From an uncultured Desulfarculus sp. (GTDB lineage Bacteria; Desulfobacterota; Desulfarculia; Desulfarculales; Desulfarculaceae), in the NCBI GenBank assembly GCA_963665125.2, contig CAXXUK010000001.1, forward strand, positions 672,001-736,000: a stretch of DNA of 64,000 nt. Direction: 5' to 3'. Positions 26,184 to 37,040 of this stretch are shown piece by piece. Below the pieces are notes generated by a model that was not told where the DNA came from, ran no database searches, and saw only the letters and a program-made list of their open reading frames with translations. Made by a program: the position numbers and the translations under genes. Each line of letters begins with the position of its first letter. The first letter of the stretch is position 1.

Positions 26184-28253
26184 ATGCGCACGAAAAGTTG
26201 GCTGCCTGTCCTGATAATGTTGTTGGCAATGTGTACGCAATGTGCTATTTGCCGCGCGGAAACACACGCTTTACAGGAAATAACCGTTACGGCGCAAAAA
26301 TATGAACAAGATCCTCAAAAAGTGCCTATAAGTCTAGATTATTTTTCGGAAGTACAGCTGGAAGAGTCAAAAATCAACAATGTATTTGACCTTCTTGCGT
26401 TCAGCCCCAACACCCACATGATGGAAAGGTCTTGTGAGCACATTGTGGTGATCAGGGGGATATCGCCTTTCCGGGGATGCACGTATTCGCCGGCCGCATT
26501 TTATGTGGACGAGGTTAGCTATCCTTTGCATTACATGCAGAACATCGATCTGTTTGAATTGGAGCGGGCGGAAATACTAAAAGGGCCCCAGGGAACATTG
26601 TACGGCCGCAACGCCGAGTCCGGGGTGATTAGCCTTTTCACCAAGCAGCCTGGAAGCCAAATAAACGGCAGGCTGTCAGCCGAATACGGCAATTACAACA
26701 GCTTCCGCACCGTCGCCGGTGTCAGAGGCCCGGTAGTTGACGATACGCTCTTCTTGGGCTTTTCGGGGTTGTACTATTCAACAAATGGTTATGTCGAAAA
26801 CATAGCCAATGGAGATGATAAGGCCGCTGATAAGGAACACATGGCCGGCAGGATAAACCTGCGTTGGACGCCTTCGGAGTCTTGGGATATATCACTCATG
26901 GCGGATTTCATTGATGCCGATGATCATGGCGCCGAGACACGTATTTTGTCAGGATCGCGGGCGACCGATCCCCACGAAATTCGCAGGGACACCGACGCAT
27001 ACCTGCGGCAGGATTGGAACAGCCAGACCCTGCGCGCCAAGTATGCGAGCGAGAGCATCAAGGTGGTGTCGATTACCAACACGCTTTATCAAACCCTGGA
27101 AAAAGTCAATGACTGCGATCTGTGGGATAATCCGAATAATAAAAGCATCAACCCCAATGAGACAAAGGAGAGACAATACAGCCAGGAACTGCGAGTCTCA
27201 TCAAACTATAATAGTCCCCTGCAATGGCTGGTGGGGGTGTATGGGTTCATCGAAGATTCAAGATTCGATTATCGTTACGAAGTTATTTCCTCGAACATGA
27301 TTTACATGCACCCGGTTACGGATGTTGACACCAATGGTTATGCCGCATTTGGCCAGGCGACATATACAATGTTCGATAATCTTCGTTTTACCGCTGGCGT
27401 ACGCTTTGACCACCAAAGCATGGAAGGCTCCCTCCGCGATGACGTCAAGAAGGTCGGTTACAGCAAGGACCTTGATTTTGACGAGGTGTTGCCCAAGGCC
27501 ACCTTGTCCTGTGACGTCAACCAGGACGTGATGCTCTATGCCTCGGCGGCCAAGGGATATTTGGTTGGCGGCTACAACTGGGGGCTTACCGGTACGCGCG
27601 ATACGTTCTGCTTTGATCCGGAATACACCTGGAACTACGAGGTGGGCTTCAAATCAAACTGGCTTGACCATAGGCTTTTGGTAAACCTGTCTGTTTTCTA
27701 TATTTCAATTGACGATAAACAGGTCTCGGAATTGCATCCCACCATAGCGGCCACCACCATCACCAACGCCGCCGAAGCAACCTCCAAGGGTTTTGAGTTG
27801 CAGGTGCAGGCAAAACCATTTCCCTGGCTGGATATATTCGGCGGCTTTGGATACACCGAAGCCAAGTTCGATAAATTCAACGCCACGGTGTGGAACGACA
27901 CCGGGACCGCTCTCACAACCAAGGATTATGAGGGCAACTACCTGCAATATGCTCCTAAGTACACCTATAACGTCGGCGCGCAATACACGGCGGAGTGGGG
28001 GCTTTTTGTTAGGGCTGATTTGTTGGGCACCGGGCCTTTTTATGGTGACGCCGCCAACAAGGCCGAGCAAAGCTCTTATATGACCGTGAATCTTCAGCTC
28101 GGGTATAAAACTGGCATCATTGATTTCGTCCTATGGACAAAAAACGCCTTTGATGAAGAGTACCTGACGTTCCTTAGTCCGTTTCAACAGACCACGGTGG
28201 GCATTGATGGCCCTCCTCAAACATTTGGCGGCACCTTAACTTATAGATTTTAA
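26184..28253 (+). CDS. TonB-dependent outer membrane receptor (FyuA/FptA-like)
   Basis: Signal peptide, TonB box EITVTAQK, ERAEILKGPQGTLYGRNA, C-terminal YRF. Confidence 0.93.
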   Translation: MRTKSWLPVLIMLLAMCTQCAICRAETHALQEITVTAQKYEQDPQKVPISLDYFSEVQLEESKINNVFDLLAFSPNTHMMERSCEHIVVIRGISPFRGCTYSPAAFYVDEVSYPLHYMQNIDLFELERAEILKGPQGTLYGRNAESGVISLFTKQPGSQINGRLSAEYGNYNSFRTVAGVRGPVVDDTLFLGFSGLYYSTNGYVENIANGDDKAADKEHMAGRINLRWTPSESWDISLMADFIDADDHGAETRILSGSRATDPHEIRRDTDAYLRQDWNSQTLRAKYASESIKVVSITNTLYQTLEKVNDCDLWDNPNNKSINPNETKERQYSQELRVSSNYNSPLQWLVGVYGFIEDSRFDYRYEVISSNMIYMHPVTDVDTNGYAAFGQATYTMFDNLRFTAGVRFDHQSMEGSLRDDVKKVGYSKDLDFDEVLPKATLSCDVNQDVMLYASAAKGYLVGGYNWGLTGTRDTFCFDPEYTWNYEVGFKSNWLDHRLLVNLSVFYISIDDKQVSELHPTIAATTITNAAEATSKGFELQVQAKPFPWLDIFGGFGYTEAKFDKFNATVWNDTGTALTTKDYEGNYLQYAPKYTYNVGAQYTAEWGLFVRADLLGTGPFYGDAANKAEQSSYMTVNLQLGYKTGIIDFVLWTKNAFDEEYLTFLSPFQQTTVGIDGPPQTFGGTLTYRF

Positions 28254-28311
28254 TTAATGCTCATTTGGTAAGGCTTGCGCCGGCAATCTTTACCAAACAG
28301 GAGAATTCACC

Positions 28312-29055
28312 ATGAACGAATCCAACGGAGTAATCAACGACGTTAGAGAGGCCCAATTGAGGGAAGATCCGCGATATGAATTCAGCAGGGCAATCGGGCA
28401 AAAAGACCTGGCGGCGTGCCTGCTGAAGACTGCGGAGATTCACGGGCATTTTTGCCCCGGCAGCGCCTTGGGCGTCATGGCTTCGGTTTGGGGCCTGTCC
28501 CAACTAGGCTTGGATTCGTCCCTTTCCGACGGCCTGGAAGAACTCATGGCCATTGTGGAAATAAACGCCTGTTTCACGGATGGCGTCCAGGCGGTGTCGG
28601 GGTGCACCTTGGGCAACAACGCGTTGGTTCTTCGCGACCTTGGCAAACACGCCGTCACCTTCACGTTGCGCGGCAGCGGCTCCGGGGTTCGCGTGCGGGT
28701 AAGGCCGGACTTCCAGAGCCAGATCAGCCGGGCAGTGCCCGAGTTTTATCCCCTGTTGGAAAGAGTCATCATCAAGCGCGAGGGGGGGCGGAAGATAGCC
28801 GAGACCTTCAAGACAACCGCGAGCAAGGCTGCATTCGCTCTGCTGGAGATGCCTTTTGAACAACTGCTGATATCCCAGCCCTTCACTCCGGAGCTTCCGG
28901 ATTATGCCCCCATAGCCGAGAGCCTGATTTGCCCGGTTTGCGGCGAACAGGTCATGGCCAGCAAGGTAGTAACCGAGGGTGACGGCAAGGGGCTCTGTCT
29001 GACCTGCGCCGAGCACAGGGCCGCCCAGGTTGACGGGCGGGGAATTGTTTTCTGA
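28312..29055 (+). CDS. FmdE-family protein with C-terminal zinc finger
   Basis: HGHFCPG, ACFTDGVQ...GCTLGN, CPVCGE...CLTC. Confidence 0.88.
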   Translation: MNESNGVINDVREAQLREDPRYEFSRAIGQKDLAACLLKTAEIHGHFCPGSALGVMASVWGLSQLGLDSSLSDGLEELMAIVEINACFTDGVQAVSGCTLGNNALVLRDLGKHAVTFTLRGSGSGVRVRVRPDFQSQISRAVPEFYPLLERVIIKREGGRKIAETFKTTASKAAFALLEMPFEQLLISQPFTPELPDYAPIAESLICPVCGEQVMASKVVTEGDGKGLCLTCAEHRAAQVDGRGIVF

Positions 29056-29141
29056 GGCGCCGCCGGACATGCGCCTAAATTACCCAGAGGTCGGTTTCAC
29101 AACATATAATGTTCTGACCATTGTCTCAGGGAGCGACAAAG

Positions 29142-29735
29142 ATGCCGAATACGGACGAACCGTGGCAGTGCAGCCATGTAAGACATGGACGCGGACCCAG
29201 CAGCTTTTGGATGCATGATCCAGAGCAGGTTTTCACGGAACTCAATCTACAACCAGGCGACTGTTTTCTAGATTTGGGGTGCGGACCCGGAGATTATTCC
29301 ATGCGCGCCTCCGAGCGGATAACCGATTCCGGTCTGGTGTATGCCCTGGATCGACAGCAGGAGGCCATGGCCAGGATCAAGGAGAAGATCATGGCTCAGG
29401 GGTGCTCAAATATCCTGGCGATGGAAGCCGATATTTTGCAGCCCTTGCCCATTGCCGACGGCTGTGTTGACGTTTGTCTGCTGGCCACCGTGTTGCACAT
29501 CGTACAAGTGCGAAACGCCGCGCCGACATTGTTTAAGGAAATTCACCGGGTGCTGAAGCCGGGAGGACGTTTGGCTGTTATCGAATGTAAAAAGGAGGAT
29601 CAGGATTTCGGTCCGCCGATCCATATCCGCCTGTCACCGCAGGAAATTGACGACGCCCTGGATGGGTGCGGGTTCGAAAGGGTCTCCCTCGCCGATATGG
29701 GATTCAATTATCTGGTGCAATACGCGGCCCAATAG
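29142..29735 (+). CDS. Class I SAM-dependent methyltransferase
   Basis: LDLGCGPG, RVLKPGGRL, GPP.HIRLS. Confidence 0.88.
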   Translation: MPNTDEPWQCSHVRHGRGPSSFWMHDPEQVFTELNLQPGDCFLDLGCGPGDYSMRASERITDSGLVYALDRQQEAMARIKEKIMAQGCSNILAMEADILQPLPIADGCVDVCLLATVLHIVQVRNAAPTLFKEIHRVLKPGGRLAVIECKKEDQDFGPPIHIRLSPQEIDDALDGCGFERVSLADMGFNYLVQYAAQ

Positions 29736-29797
29736 CGTCTCCAAAGGATGACGGTGCTGAGTTCCATGGATGGCCCGTGCTTATGATGGAGAGGAAA

Positions 29798-30367
29798 TTG
29801 TCTGCATATTCGAGCAATTCTCATGCTGAACAACAAGTACCCGACATGGTTCTGCATCCCGTGGGAACTATAAAAAACACGATAAAGAATCCATTCTTAA
29901 AAGCCGGAGAGGGCGGCCTCAAGATGGAGGGTGGTCTGGAAAAGGTCGCCAAGGTGGTGCATGAGGCAAAACACGGATTGTCGGAGATAACCATAAATGG
30001 CGAGTTCGACGGCATCTTGGACGGTATTGACGAATATTCTCATGTTATGGTGCTGTATTGGGCCCATAAGGTCCCCGAGCAGGGCCGTTCCCTGGCCAAA
30101 ATTCATCCAATGGGCAGAGAGGAGATTCCCTTGACGGGTGTCTTCTCCACCTGCAGTCCGGCCCGGCCCAATCCAATACTCACGACCGTGGTCAAGTTGC
30201 GCGAGCGAAAAGGCAACACCCTGACCGTATCCGGCCTGGACGCCATAGACGGTTCGCCCGTGCTGGACATCAAACCATATGTCAGCGGTTTTTATCCCAG
30301 GGATGAGGTGGTCATCGCCGGTTGGATGCGGCGGCTACTTGAGGAAATGTCCGGAACTGATTCTTGA
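29798..30367 (+). CDS. tsaA: TsaA/TrmO-like SAM-binding methyltransferase
   Basis: LHPVGTI, GVFSTCSPARPNPI, GLDAIDGSPVLDIKPY; start uncertain. Confidence 0.85.
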   Translation: MSAYSSNSHAEQQVPDMVLHPVGTIKNTIKNPFLKAGEGGLKMEGGLEKVAKVVHEAKHGLSEITINGEFDGILDGIDEYSHVMVLYWAHKVPEQGRSLAKIHPMGREEIPLTGVFSTCSPARPNPILTTVVKLRERKGNTLTVSGLDAIDGSPVLDIKPYVSGFYPRDEVVIAGWMRRLLEEMSGTDS

Positions 30368-30798
30368 CCCCACGTAATATGACTTGGGCGGCGGTGGCTT
30401 CCAAACTGACTAATGCTGCGTGCCACCGCTACCCGCAAAAAAACCAAAGCCGGTTTAACACAACAGGTTGCCGGAGTGGCAACCATTTGGCATCATGGGA
30501 CAAACCTTAAACTGTCTGCCCCCGCGTCTATGGCCATCTCATCATGACAATGCCTTTCATTTTCTGGTTGTTTGTAGATTAACCAGGCGTCAGTTTGTCA
30601 TAATTAACGAGCTTGGCGCCCAGCCTGTCCTAAAACGTGATATGTAAGTTTACGAAGAATCGTAATATGGGCCTAAACGATGAATGAAGATCAGCATTAA
30701 TCTCATTTGTCATGGTTTTATCTTTATATCGTGTGTGATTTGTTTTGAGCGCAAACTGGGTTGCCACGACGGGTTGCGCGACCCCACCTAAAGCGGAG

Positions 30799-32802
30799 AT
30801 GATGAAGAAGCTAGCTTCCTGTGTACTGATTGCGTGCGTGATAATCCTACTGGCAGGCCCCAGCCTGTCCACGGCGGCCCAGGCGGGTTACTGGAAACTC
30901 TCGGGAGTAAAAAGCGACGCGCCTTCTTTTGAAAAATGGAACTGAGGCGACGAAAAAGTCGACATCGGCCAGGGTTCTTTTTCCATACTCAAACGCTGGC
31001 ATAAAGGCAGATGCAATCAGACTAAAGACGAAATCTTTTCAGTAACGGCCAGCTATGCAACGCCCCCCCAGGTATTGACTCCCGGTAAAACCATAATTCT
31101 AGACGCACGGGCAAACCGCACCCAGAATGTGGGGCTGTCTGAACAGTTCGGGGTGTATATTTCCATTGATGATATCGGCGCCGGCTGCGGAGGTGCTATT
31201 CGGGATATCCAACTGGGTAGCGCCGTGGTCTATTCCAGGGTAGGCGGACCAACGGCCCAGTGCAAAGCCGAGTACAAAGTGCCGTCCGGGTCAAAGGGCG
31301 AATCATTTGCCCTGCGCTATTGCGCGGCGGGGCGGCAGAAAGGCGTCTACTATGCATATGAGTGGGTGGAGGGAAGCCCGCCCGCTGACGCCAGCACCGA
31401 ACCGGAATTGATTCGAAAGCCGGAAATAAAGGTTTCAAAAACAAAGAGAATTTTGGCGACAGCCACCCGCGAACCCTTGGAAATATCATCCAACTTAGGG
31501 ACGACTTGGACAACTATCCCGGTGGGGCAACCCATTGAAATTTCTGTCCAAGATATGATCCGCACCGGCAAACAATCCAGGGCTGAAATAGTCTTTCCTG
31601 ATGGAACGGTTTTCCGCCTGAAATCCAACACCATCATGACCCTGGTTGCTGGCGGCGTGAAGGTGCAAGTGGGAGAAGCATGGTTCAACCTGCGCAAGCA
31701 GGGGAAACGTTTCCGTGTTGTCACACCAACCACGGCTTGCGGCCCCTTAGGCACGTCTGGAATCGTTACGTATACCCAGGACGGCTAAGCATAATAAAGC
31801 TGGTGGAAGGCGAAATGGAGGTCAGCAATCAAGCAGGTGAGGGCAAGATTATCCTAAAGGCCGGACAACTTACGGTGGTGCCCCCTTCCGGCGTGCCCAC
31901 CCAACCCTGTAGCTTCGACGTCAGCAAACTTGCGGAGCCCATGCCCGAACTTAGGCCTGACACGCGCGTCAACGGCGGGTCTTCAGGGGGGATGGGAGGC
32001 GCTTCAACCCAGAGCACGGGCTCGGCTTCGACCAATCAGGCTTTGCAGTGGTACGAACAGGGCCTCAGCGCCATCCGCGGCCACCAGTACTCAAAGGCTG
32101 TGGACAAGTTGAGCAGGGCCTTGGGCACAGGCAAACTGGACAATAAAAAAAGCCGCCAGCGCCTATTATCAGCGGGCCTGGGCCGACTCGAAGCTGGGCA
32201 ATACCTCCCATTTGCTTGACGATGTGGAAAAGGCCATCCAACTGGACCCGAACAATTCCGTTTATCACCACATGCGGGGCTGGTGGCTGATGAAAGGCAA
32301 GCGCTATGACGAAGCGCTGCGCGAATGCCGAATGGCCCTGGATCTGGACCCTAAAAATCCGTTTGCGTACCACACCATGTCCCGCACATACGAGGAAATG
32401 GGCGATTGCACCAAGGCCGTTGAGTACGCCCGCACGGCAATGAGCCTCAGGCCGGGCGAAGTAAACCTCACCAGCAATCTCAAGCGGGTGCAAAAGAAGT
32501 GTAACAAGCCCACGGCGGGCGGCGACCGCCTCGTCGGTGTATGGAAATGGTTCAACGGTGCGCAAGTGCATTTTTGCAGCAACGGAACATCCACGGCATA
32601 TCAGTATGGTCAAGTCGGTAATGCCGGCAACTGGAGCTATATTGACCAAAACCGGTTAACAATCAGGAACACATGGAAAACTGGCGGATGGGTCGACACA
32701 TTACAGCCTAATGCTGACGGAAAAAGCTTGAAAGGCCAGAACCAGAACGGCAACAAAGTGACCGCTGAAAAGATGGACGGCAGCCCCAGGTGCGGCCAGT
32801 AG
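30799..32802 (+). pseudogene. Disrupted secreted FecR-domain + TPR protein
   Basis: Signal peptide, in-frame TGA at 30943, FecR-like segment (DMIRTGKQSRAEIVFPDGT...VVTPTTACG), frameshift near 31785, frameshift at the A7 run 32145-32151, TPRs in the last frame. Confidence 0.75.
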
Positions 32803-32845
32803 GCCAACAAGCCCTGAAGGCACCTTCACACGTTGATAAAAGATT

Positions 32846-32885
32846 GGCGCGGATCGGCAACGGCGTGCTGCCGCCGATCCGCGCC
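32846..32885. terminator. GC-rich hairpin between convergent genes
   Basis: GGCGCGGATCGGC / GCCGATCCGCGCC. Confidence 0.6.
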
Positions 32886-32904
32886 GGAGAAAGCCGTTAC
32901 GGTT

Positions 32905-34563
32905 TTAACCCTGCGCTGAAAGATTGGCCCGGATAAGTTTTTTATCCAGTTTGCCCACGCTGGTTTTGGGGATGCTTTCGGATATCACAACCTTCTCTGG
33001 TATGGCCCATTTGTTGACGCTGCCGTCATCCACGAACTTTTGCAAAAACGTCTTGAGCTCATCGGGTCCGGTGCCTTCGCTGTTGTTTAACACGACCAAG
33101 GCCAAAGGCCGCTCCCCCCATTTTTCATCGGGCACGCCAACCACGGCAACTTCGACCACGTTTGGATGTTGGCTGATCAGGCTTTCCAACTCCAACGAGC
33201 TGATCCACTCGCCGCCGGTTTTGATAACGTCTTTCAAACGGTCGGTGATGCGGACATAGCCCTCCGGGTTGCGCACGGCAACGTCACCGGTATGCAGGTA
33301 TCCTCCCTGCCACAGGGCTTCACCCTGCTGGGGATTTTTAAAATAACCCTGGGTGCACCACGGGGCCCGCACGCAGATTTCTCCGGCCGAGACCCCATCC
33401 ATGGGCTGGGGGCTCATGCTGAAGTCCATCACCTTCAGGTCCACCAGGGGTATGGAAAGGCCGGTCATGGTCCGCACACCGACAAGGTACTCTTCAGGGG
33501 CCAACAATTTGTCGGCCTTGAAGGTGGCCAGGGTCAACAGCGGGCAGGTTTCGCTCATCCCGTATCCGGTGAATACGTCGATGCCCTTGTCCAGGGCCCG
33601 TTTGCACAGACCCCTGGTGAAGGCCGCGCCGCCGATGACCATGGTCCAGCCGGAAAAGTCGATGTTCGCCGCGTCGGGAGAGTCCAACAGCATTTGCAGG
33701 ATGGTCGGCACGCAGTGGCTGAAAGAGACCTTGTGCCGCTGCTTCAGGCCGAGGATCATGGGCGGTTCGTAGCGCCCGGGATAGACCTGCTTGACGCCCA
33801 TGAGCGTGGCCAGATAGGGCAGGCCCCAGGCATGGACGTGGAACATGGGGGTCAGGGGCATGTACACGTCGCGGCAGATAAAGCGCCCCAGGGGGTCCAT
33901 GTTGCCCGTGGCGCAGCCCGCGCTCAGGGTGTGCAGCACCAGCTGGCGGTGGCTGAAATAGACCCCTTTGGGGTCGCCGGTGGTGCCGGTGGTGTAGGAG
34001 AGCGTGGCCTGGCTGTTTTCGTCCATCTCCGGAAATTCAAAGTCGGGCGAGCCCAACTCCAGCACTTGCTCGTATTCGAAGTCGAATTCCATGCCCTGGG
34101 CCGGCCCGTCTTCGCCGGGCTCCTTGATGAGGACCCATTTTTTCACCGTGGGCAGCTTGTCTTTCAGGGACAGCATTATGGGGATGAAGTCCTGGTGCAC
34201 GAAGACGACGGCGTCCTCGGCGTGGTTCATGGTGAACATGATCTGCTCGGGTGACAGGCGCACGTTCACCGTATGCAGCACCGCCCCGATGCCGGGCACG
34301 GCGAAATAGGCCTCCAGATAGCGGTAGGAGTCCCAATCCAAAAAAGCCACGATGTCGCCGGGGCCCACCCCCAGGGCGTTGAGGCCCGAGGCGAGCCTTT
34401 TGGCCCGCTGGGCAAACTCGGCATAGGTGAATGTTTTTACATCGCGGTAGACGATCTCCTGTTGGGGGGAGTTTGCCAGCGGCGTATCCAGCAGGCGTTT
34501 GATCAAAAGCGGATAGGCGTAGGCGTTATCCGCGTGTTTTATAATCCTTGTTCCCTGGAGCAC
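32905..34563 (-). CDS. Medium/long-chain acyl-CoA ligase (AlkK/DmdB-like)
   Basis: YTTGTTGDPKG, PMFHVHAWG, GYGMSET, TGD, DRLKDVIKTGGEWISS, PKTSVGK. Confidence 0.92.
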   Translation of the reverse strand: MLQGTRIIKHADNAYAYPLLIKRLLDTPLANSPQQEIVYRDVKTFTYAEFAQRAKRLASGLNALGVGPGDIVAFLDWDSYRYLEAYFAVPGIGAVLHTVNVRLSPEQIMFTMNHAEDAVVFVHQDFIPIMLSLKDKLPTVKKWVLIKEPGEDGPAQGMEFDFEYEQVLELGSPDFEFPEMDENSQATLSYTTGTTGDPKGVYFSHRQLVLHTLSAGCATGNMDPLGRFICRDVYMPLTPMFHVHAWGLPYLATLMGVKQVYPGRYEPPMILGLKQRHKVSFSHCVPTILQMLLDSPDAANIDFSGWTMVIGGAAFTRGLCKRALDKGIDVFTGYGMSETCPLLTLATFKADKLLAPEEYLVGVRTMTGLSIPLVDLKVMDFSMSPQPMDGVSAGEICVRAPWCTQGYFKNPQQGEALWQGGYLHTGDVAVRNPEGYVRITDRLKDVIKTGGEWISSLELESLISQHPNVVEVAVVGVPDEKWGERPLALVVLNNSEGTGPDELKTFLQKFVDDGSVNKWAIPEKVVISESIPKTSVGKLDKKLIRANLSAQG

Positions 34564-34602
34564 GGTTTGACCTCCTTGGTAGATGTCACGCTTGGCCGGA
34601 AT

Positions 34603-34640
34603 TGGGCCGCGCCCGCGGCAAAAGCCACGGGCGCGGCCCA
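34603..34640. other. Intercistronic GC-rich stem-loop
   Basis: TGGGCCGCGCCCG...CGGGCGCGGCCCA between the permease and the ligase. Confidence 0.6.
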
Positions 34641-34645
34641 GGGGG

Positions 34646-36016
34646 TTATTCTCTTGCCTTTACCTTCACCGGAACCGGTGATCGGGTCAGGCCCGGTATG
34701 CCCTGGGCCAAAAGCAGGACATACAGACCCACGCCAACGCCCAGCCCCCAGGCAGGACCAAAGTTGGCGATGATCATGCCCACGAAGAAGGCATAGCCCC
34801 GGCTGGCCGGCGTTTCGACCATGGAGATGGCGATATAGGCGCAGGCAAAGCCGGTCAGTATCAGGGTGATGGACAGGGCCACGGGCAATAGCGGCTTCAT
34901 GAAGGTGACCACCGGAACCAGGAACACCAGGATGAAGGCAGGCCAGTACCAGTTGCTGAGGCCGTCATAGAGCGAGTCCATGTTCTTGCGGCCGCCCTTG
35001 TACCGTTCCACCAGGAAGACGTGCACGCCGGTCCACATTGGCCCATGCAGGGGGATGAACGGGCCGCCGGTAAGCAGGTGCCCGATGTTGCGTATAAACA
35101 GCACCAGATGACTCCTGGTGTTGTCGTATTCCAGGGTCTCGTCGGGCCGGGCCTCGGAGGCCTGTTCCAACAGGGTGTTGGCCAGCACGATGTCGCCGAA
35201 AACAAAGATGTAGATCATGACGGCCAGGGGGAAGGCGTGCAGGAACATCGCCATGCTGGGCCAGCCCACGGAGAACGGCGATACGGCCGTGAAAAACTCG
35301 GTAATGTGGGGGATGTGCAGGCCCATCTTGATGTCAAACGACAGCTCGCCGAACATGGGGCCCGCCACCGCGGCCACCAAAAAGCCAATGAGCAGGGCCA
35401 GGGACCCGGCAAGCCGTAAAAATTTGTTGCTTTCCTTGGCCTTGGTGAACCACACCGAGAACATCAGCACGAATACCACTCCCCACACCAGGGGCAGGGT
35501 GTTGGGCATCTTGGCCAGGCGCCCGAATTCGTTGCTGAAGGCCGCTATGGCGCCGCCGAAGATGATCGCCGCCCTCAGTTCCACCGGCACCCACTGGAAG
35601 AATCGTTTGCCCAGACCGGTTATGGCGAAAAAGGCGAAGATTATGGATATGTCCACGGTCAAGGCAGTCATGGCCTTGATGGCCGGCACCCCCACGTCAA
35701 AAGTGCCCAAAAAGGCCATTACCAGGGGCAGGGCTGGCGTTATCCAGCCCGGGGCATAGGGCTCACCGCACAACATGGTGGGAATGGCCCAGACCCAGAC
35801 GAGCTGGATGATGACCACCGCCCACGCCACCTCGAAGGGTACATTGAAGTACTTCATGGTCAACGCCGCCACGACGCCGCCGGTTGCCGTGGTCAGCAAG
35901 CCGCCCTGGATGATTTCCGGCAGCGACAACTTGGTGTGCACCCCGGGAATTCGTGCGGTGAAGTTCCACCATTTGATGCCGGGTTGAACACCGCCATCGA
36001 CTCTTTTCAACGCCAC
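34646..36016 (-). CDS. Polytopic membrane permease (xanthine/uracil/SLC23-like fold suspected)
   Basis: Multiple TM segments, PGWITPALPLV, YIFVFGD, RPDE motifs; co-oriented with the ligase. Confidence 0.7.
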   Translation of the reverse strand: MALKRVDGGVQPGIKWWNFTARIPGVHTKLSLPEIIQGGLLTTATGGVVAALTMKYFNVPFEVAWAVVIIQLVWVWAIPTMLCGEPYAPGWITPALPLVMAFLGTFDVGVPAIKAMTALTVDISIIFAFFAITGLGKRFFQWVPVELRAAIIFGGAIAAFSNEFGRLAKMPNTLPLVWGVVFVLMFSVWFTKAKESNKFLRLAGSLALLIGFLVAAVAGPMFGELSFDIKMGLHIPHITEFFTAVSPFSVGWPSMAMFLHAFPLAVMIYIFVFGDIVLANTLLEQASEARPDETLEYDNTRSHLVLFIRNIGHLLTGGPFIPLHGPMWTGVHVFLVERYKGGRKNMDSLYDGLSNWYWPAFILVFLVPVVTFMKPLLPVALSITLILTGFACAYIAISMVETPASRGYAFFVGMIIANFGPAWGLGVGVGLYVLLLAQGIPGLTRSPVPVKVKARE

Positions 36017-36355
36017 CTCTGACCTCCTTTTTCAGACAATTGCCGTCATATAGTTTTACGAGGGCCCTGGGGCCCACAAAGAACCGGTGAAGCCATCAGA
36101 GTCAGGCCGAACAGCCGGTTGGGCTGAGGACCTGATTCAATTACCGACAATGTTGAAAAGCTGGTTTTGACCTGTGTGGTCACTTGCCGGGGCGCACGAA
36201 AAATCATTTCAGCGCCGTGGAGCGCCCCGGCGAACGCAAACACGCCCCTTGGGGATGATGCATGTTCAGCGTAATGAACAATGGAAGCTCTTGGGGAGCG
36301 ACAGATCCATTAAGCTGGCGTGGGTAAAATTATTAAATTGTAGTAGGTGATTTGC

Positions 36356-37036
36356 CTATGGCTTGGGCGAGCGGTCCAGGGAGTCCTTTTCCACCCAGAG
36401 GACGGCGGCCCGCATCAAATCGCCGCCCCGGGAAAATCCCAGTTTGGACTTGATGCGTTCCCGGTAGGTGCCCACGGTTTTGGTGCTAAGGTTCAGGCGT
36501 TCGGCGATCTCGCCGGGATACAGGCCCCGGCCGATCAGTTCGAATATCTCCAACTCGCGGTCTGTCAGGTGATCCAGGGGAGATTTGTGCTGGGCCGGCG
36601 GGCTGCCGCCGAACACTTCCAATATCTGGCTGGACACCCTTTCGCTGACGTGGATGTTGCCGCTAAGGATATGACGGATGGCCTTGACCACCGATACCGA
36701 AGCCTCCTGTTTCATGATGTAGCCTCTGGCCCCGGCCTTCAGGCATCTTTGGGCGTGCAGAGACTCGTCATGCATGGAAAGCACCAGCACGGGCAGTTTT
36801 TTGTAGTTGGAGTTTATCTCCCGCAGCAGCTCGAGCCCGTTGCGGTCCTTGAGGAAGAGATCGAGAATCACCATGTCGGGCTGGAGTTTTTTCAGCGCCG
36901 CCCTGGCTCCGGCGACATCCTCGGCCTGGCCGCAGATGACCAGGTCCTCCTCCTGGTTGATGAGTTCTTCCATGCCCATTCTGAATATGGGATGGTCTTC
37001 GACAATCAAAATTCTGGTTTTTGGTTTGTCGGTCAC
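36356..37036 (-). CDS. NarL/LuxR-family response regulator
   Basis: IVEDHPIFR, LDL, LSMHDE, LTDRELEIF...KTVGTYR. Confidence 0.93.
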   Translation of the reverse strand: MTDKPKTRILIVEDHPIFRMGMEELINQEEDLVICGQAEDVAGARAALKKLQPDMVILDLFLKDRNGLELLREINSNYKKLPVLVLSMHDESLHAQRCLKAGARGYIMKQEASVSVVKAIRHILSGNIHVSERVSSQILEVFGGSPPAQHKSPLDHLTDRELEIFELIGRGLYPGEIAERLNLSTKTVGTYRERIKSKLGFSRGGDLMRAAVLWVEKDSLDRSPKP

Positions 37037-37040
37037 GGCG

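Noticed and set aside
30943..30945. In-frame TGA as selenocysteine
   Set aside because: No redox motif context, only a weak downstream hairpin, and the same gene has two frameshifts; a nonsense mutation is simpler.
33166..34254. 362-aa plus-strand ORF
   Set aside because: Antisense to the well-supported acyl-CoA ligase.
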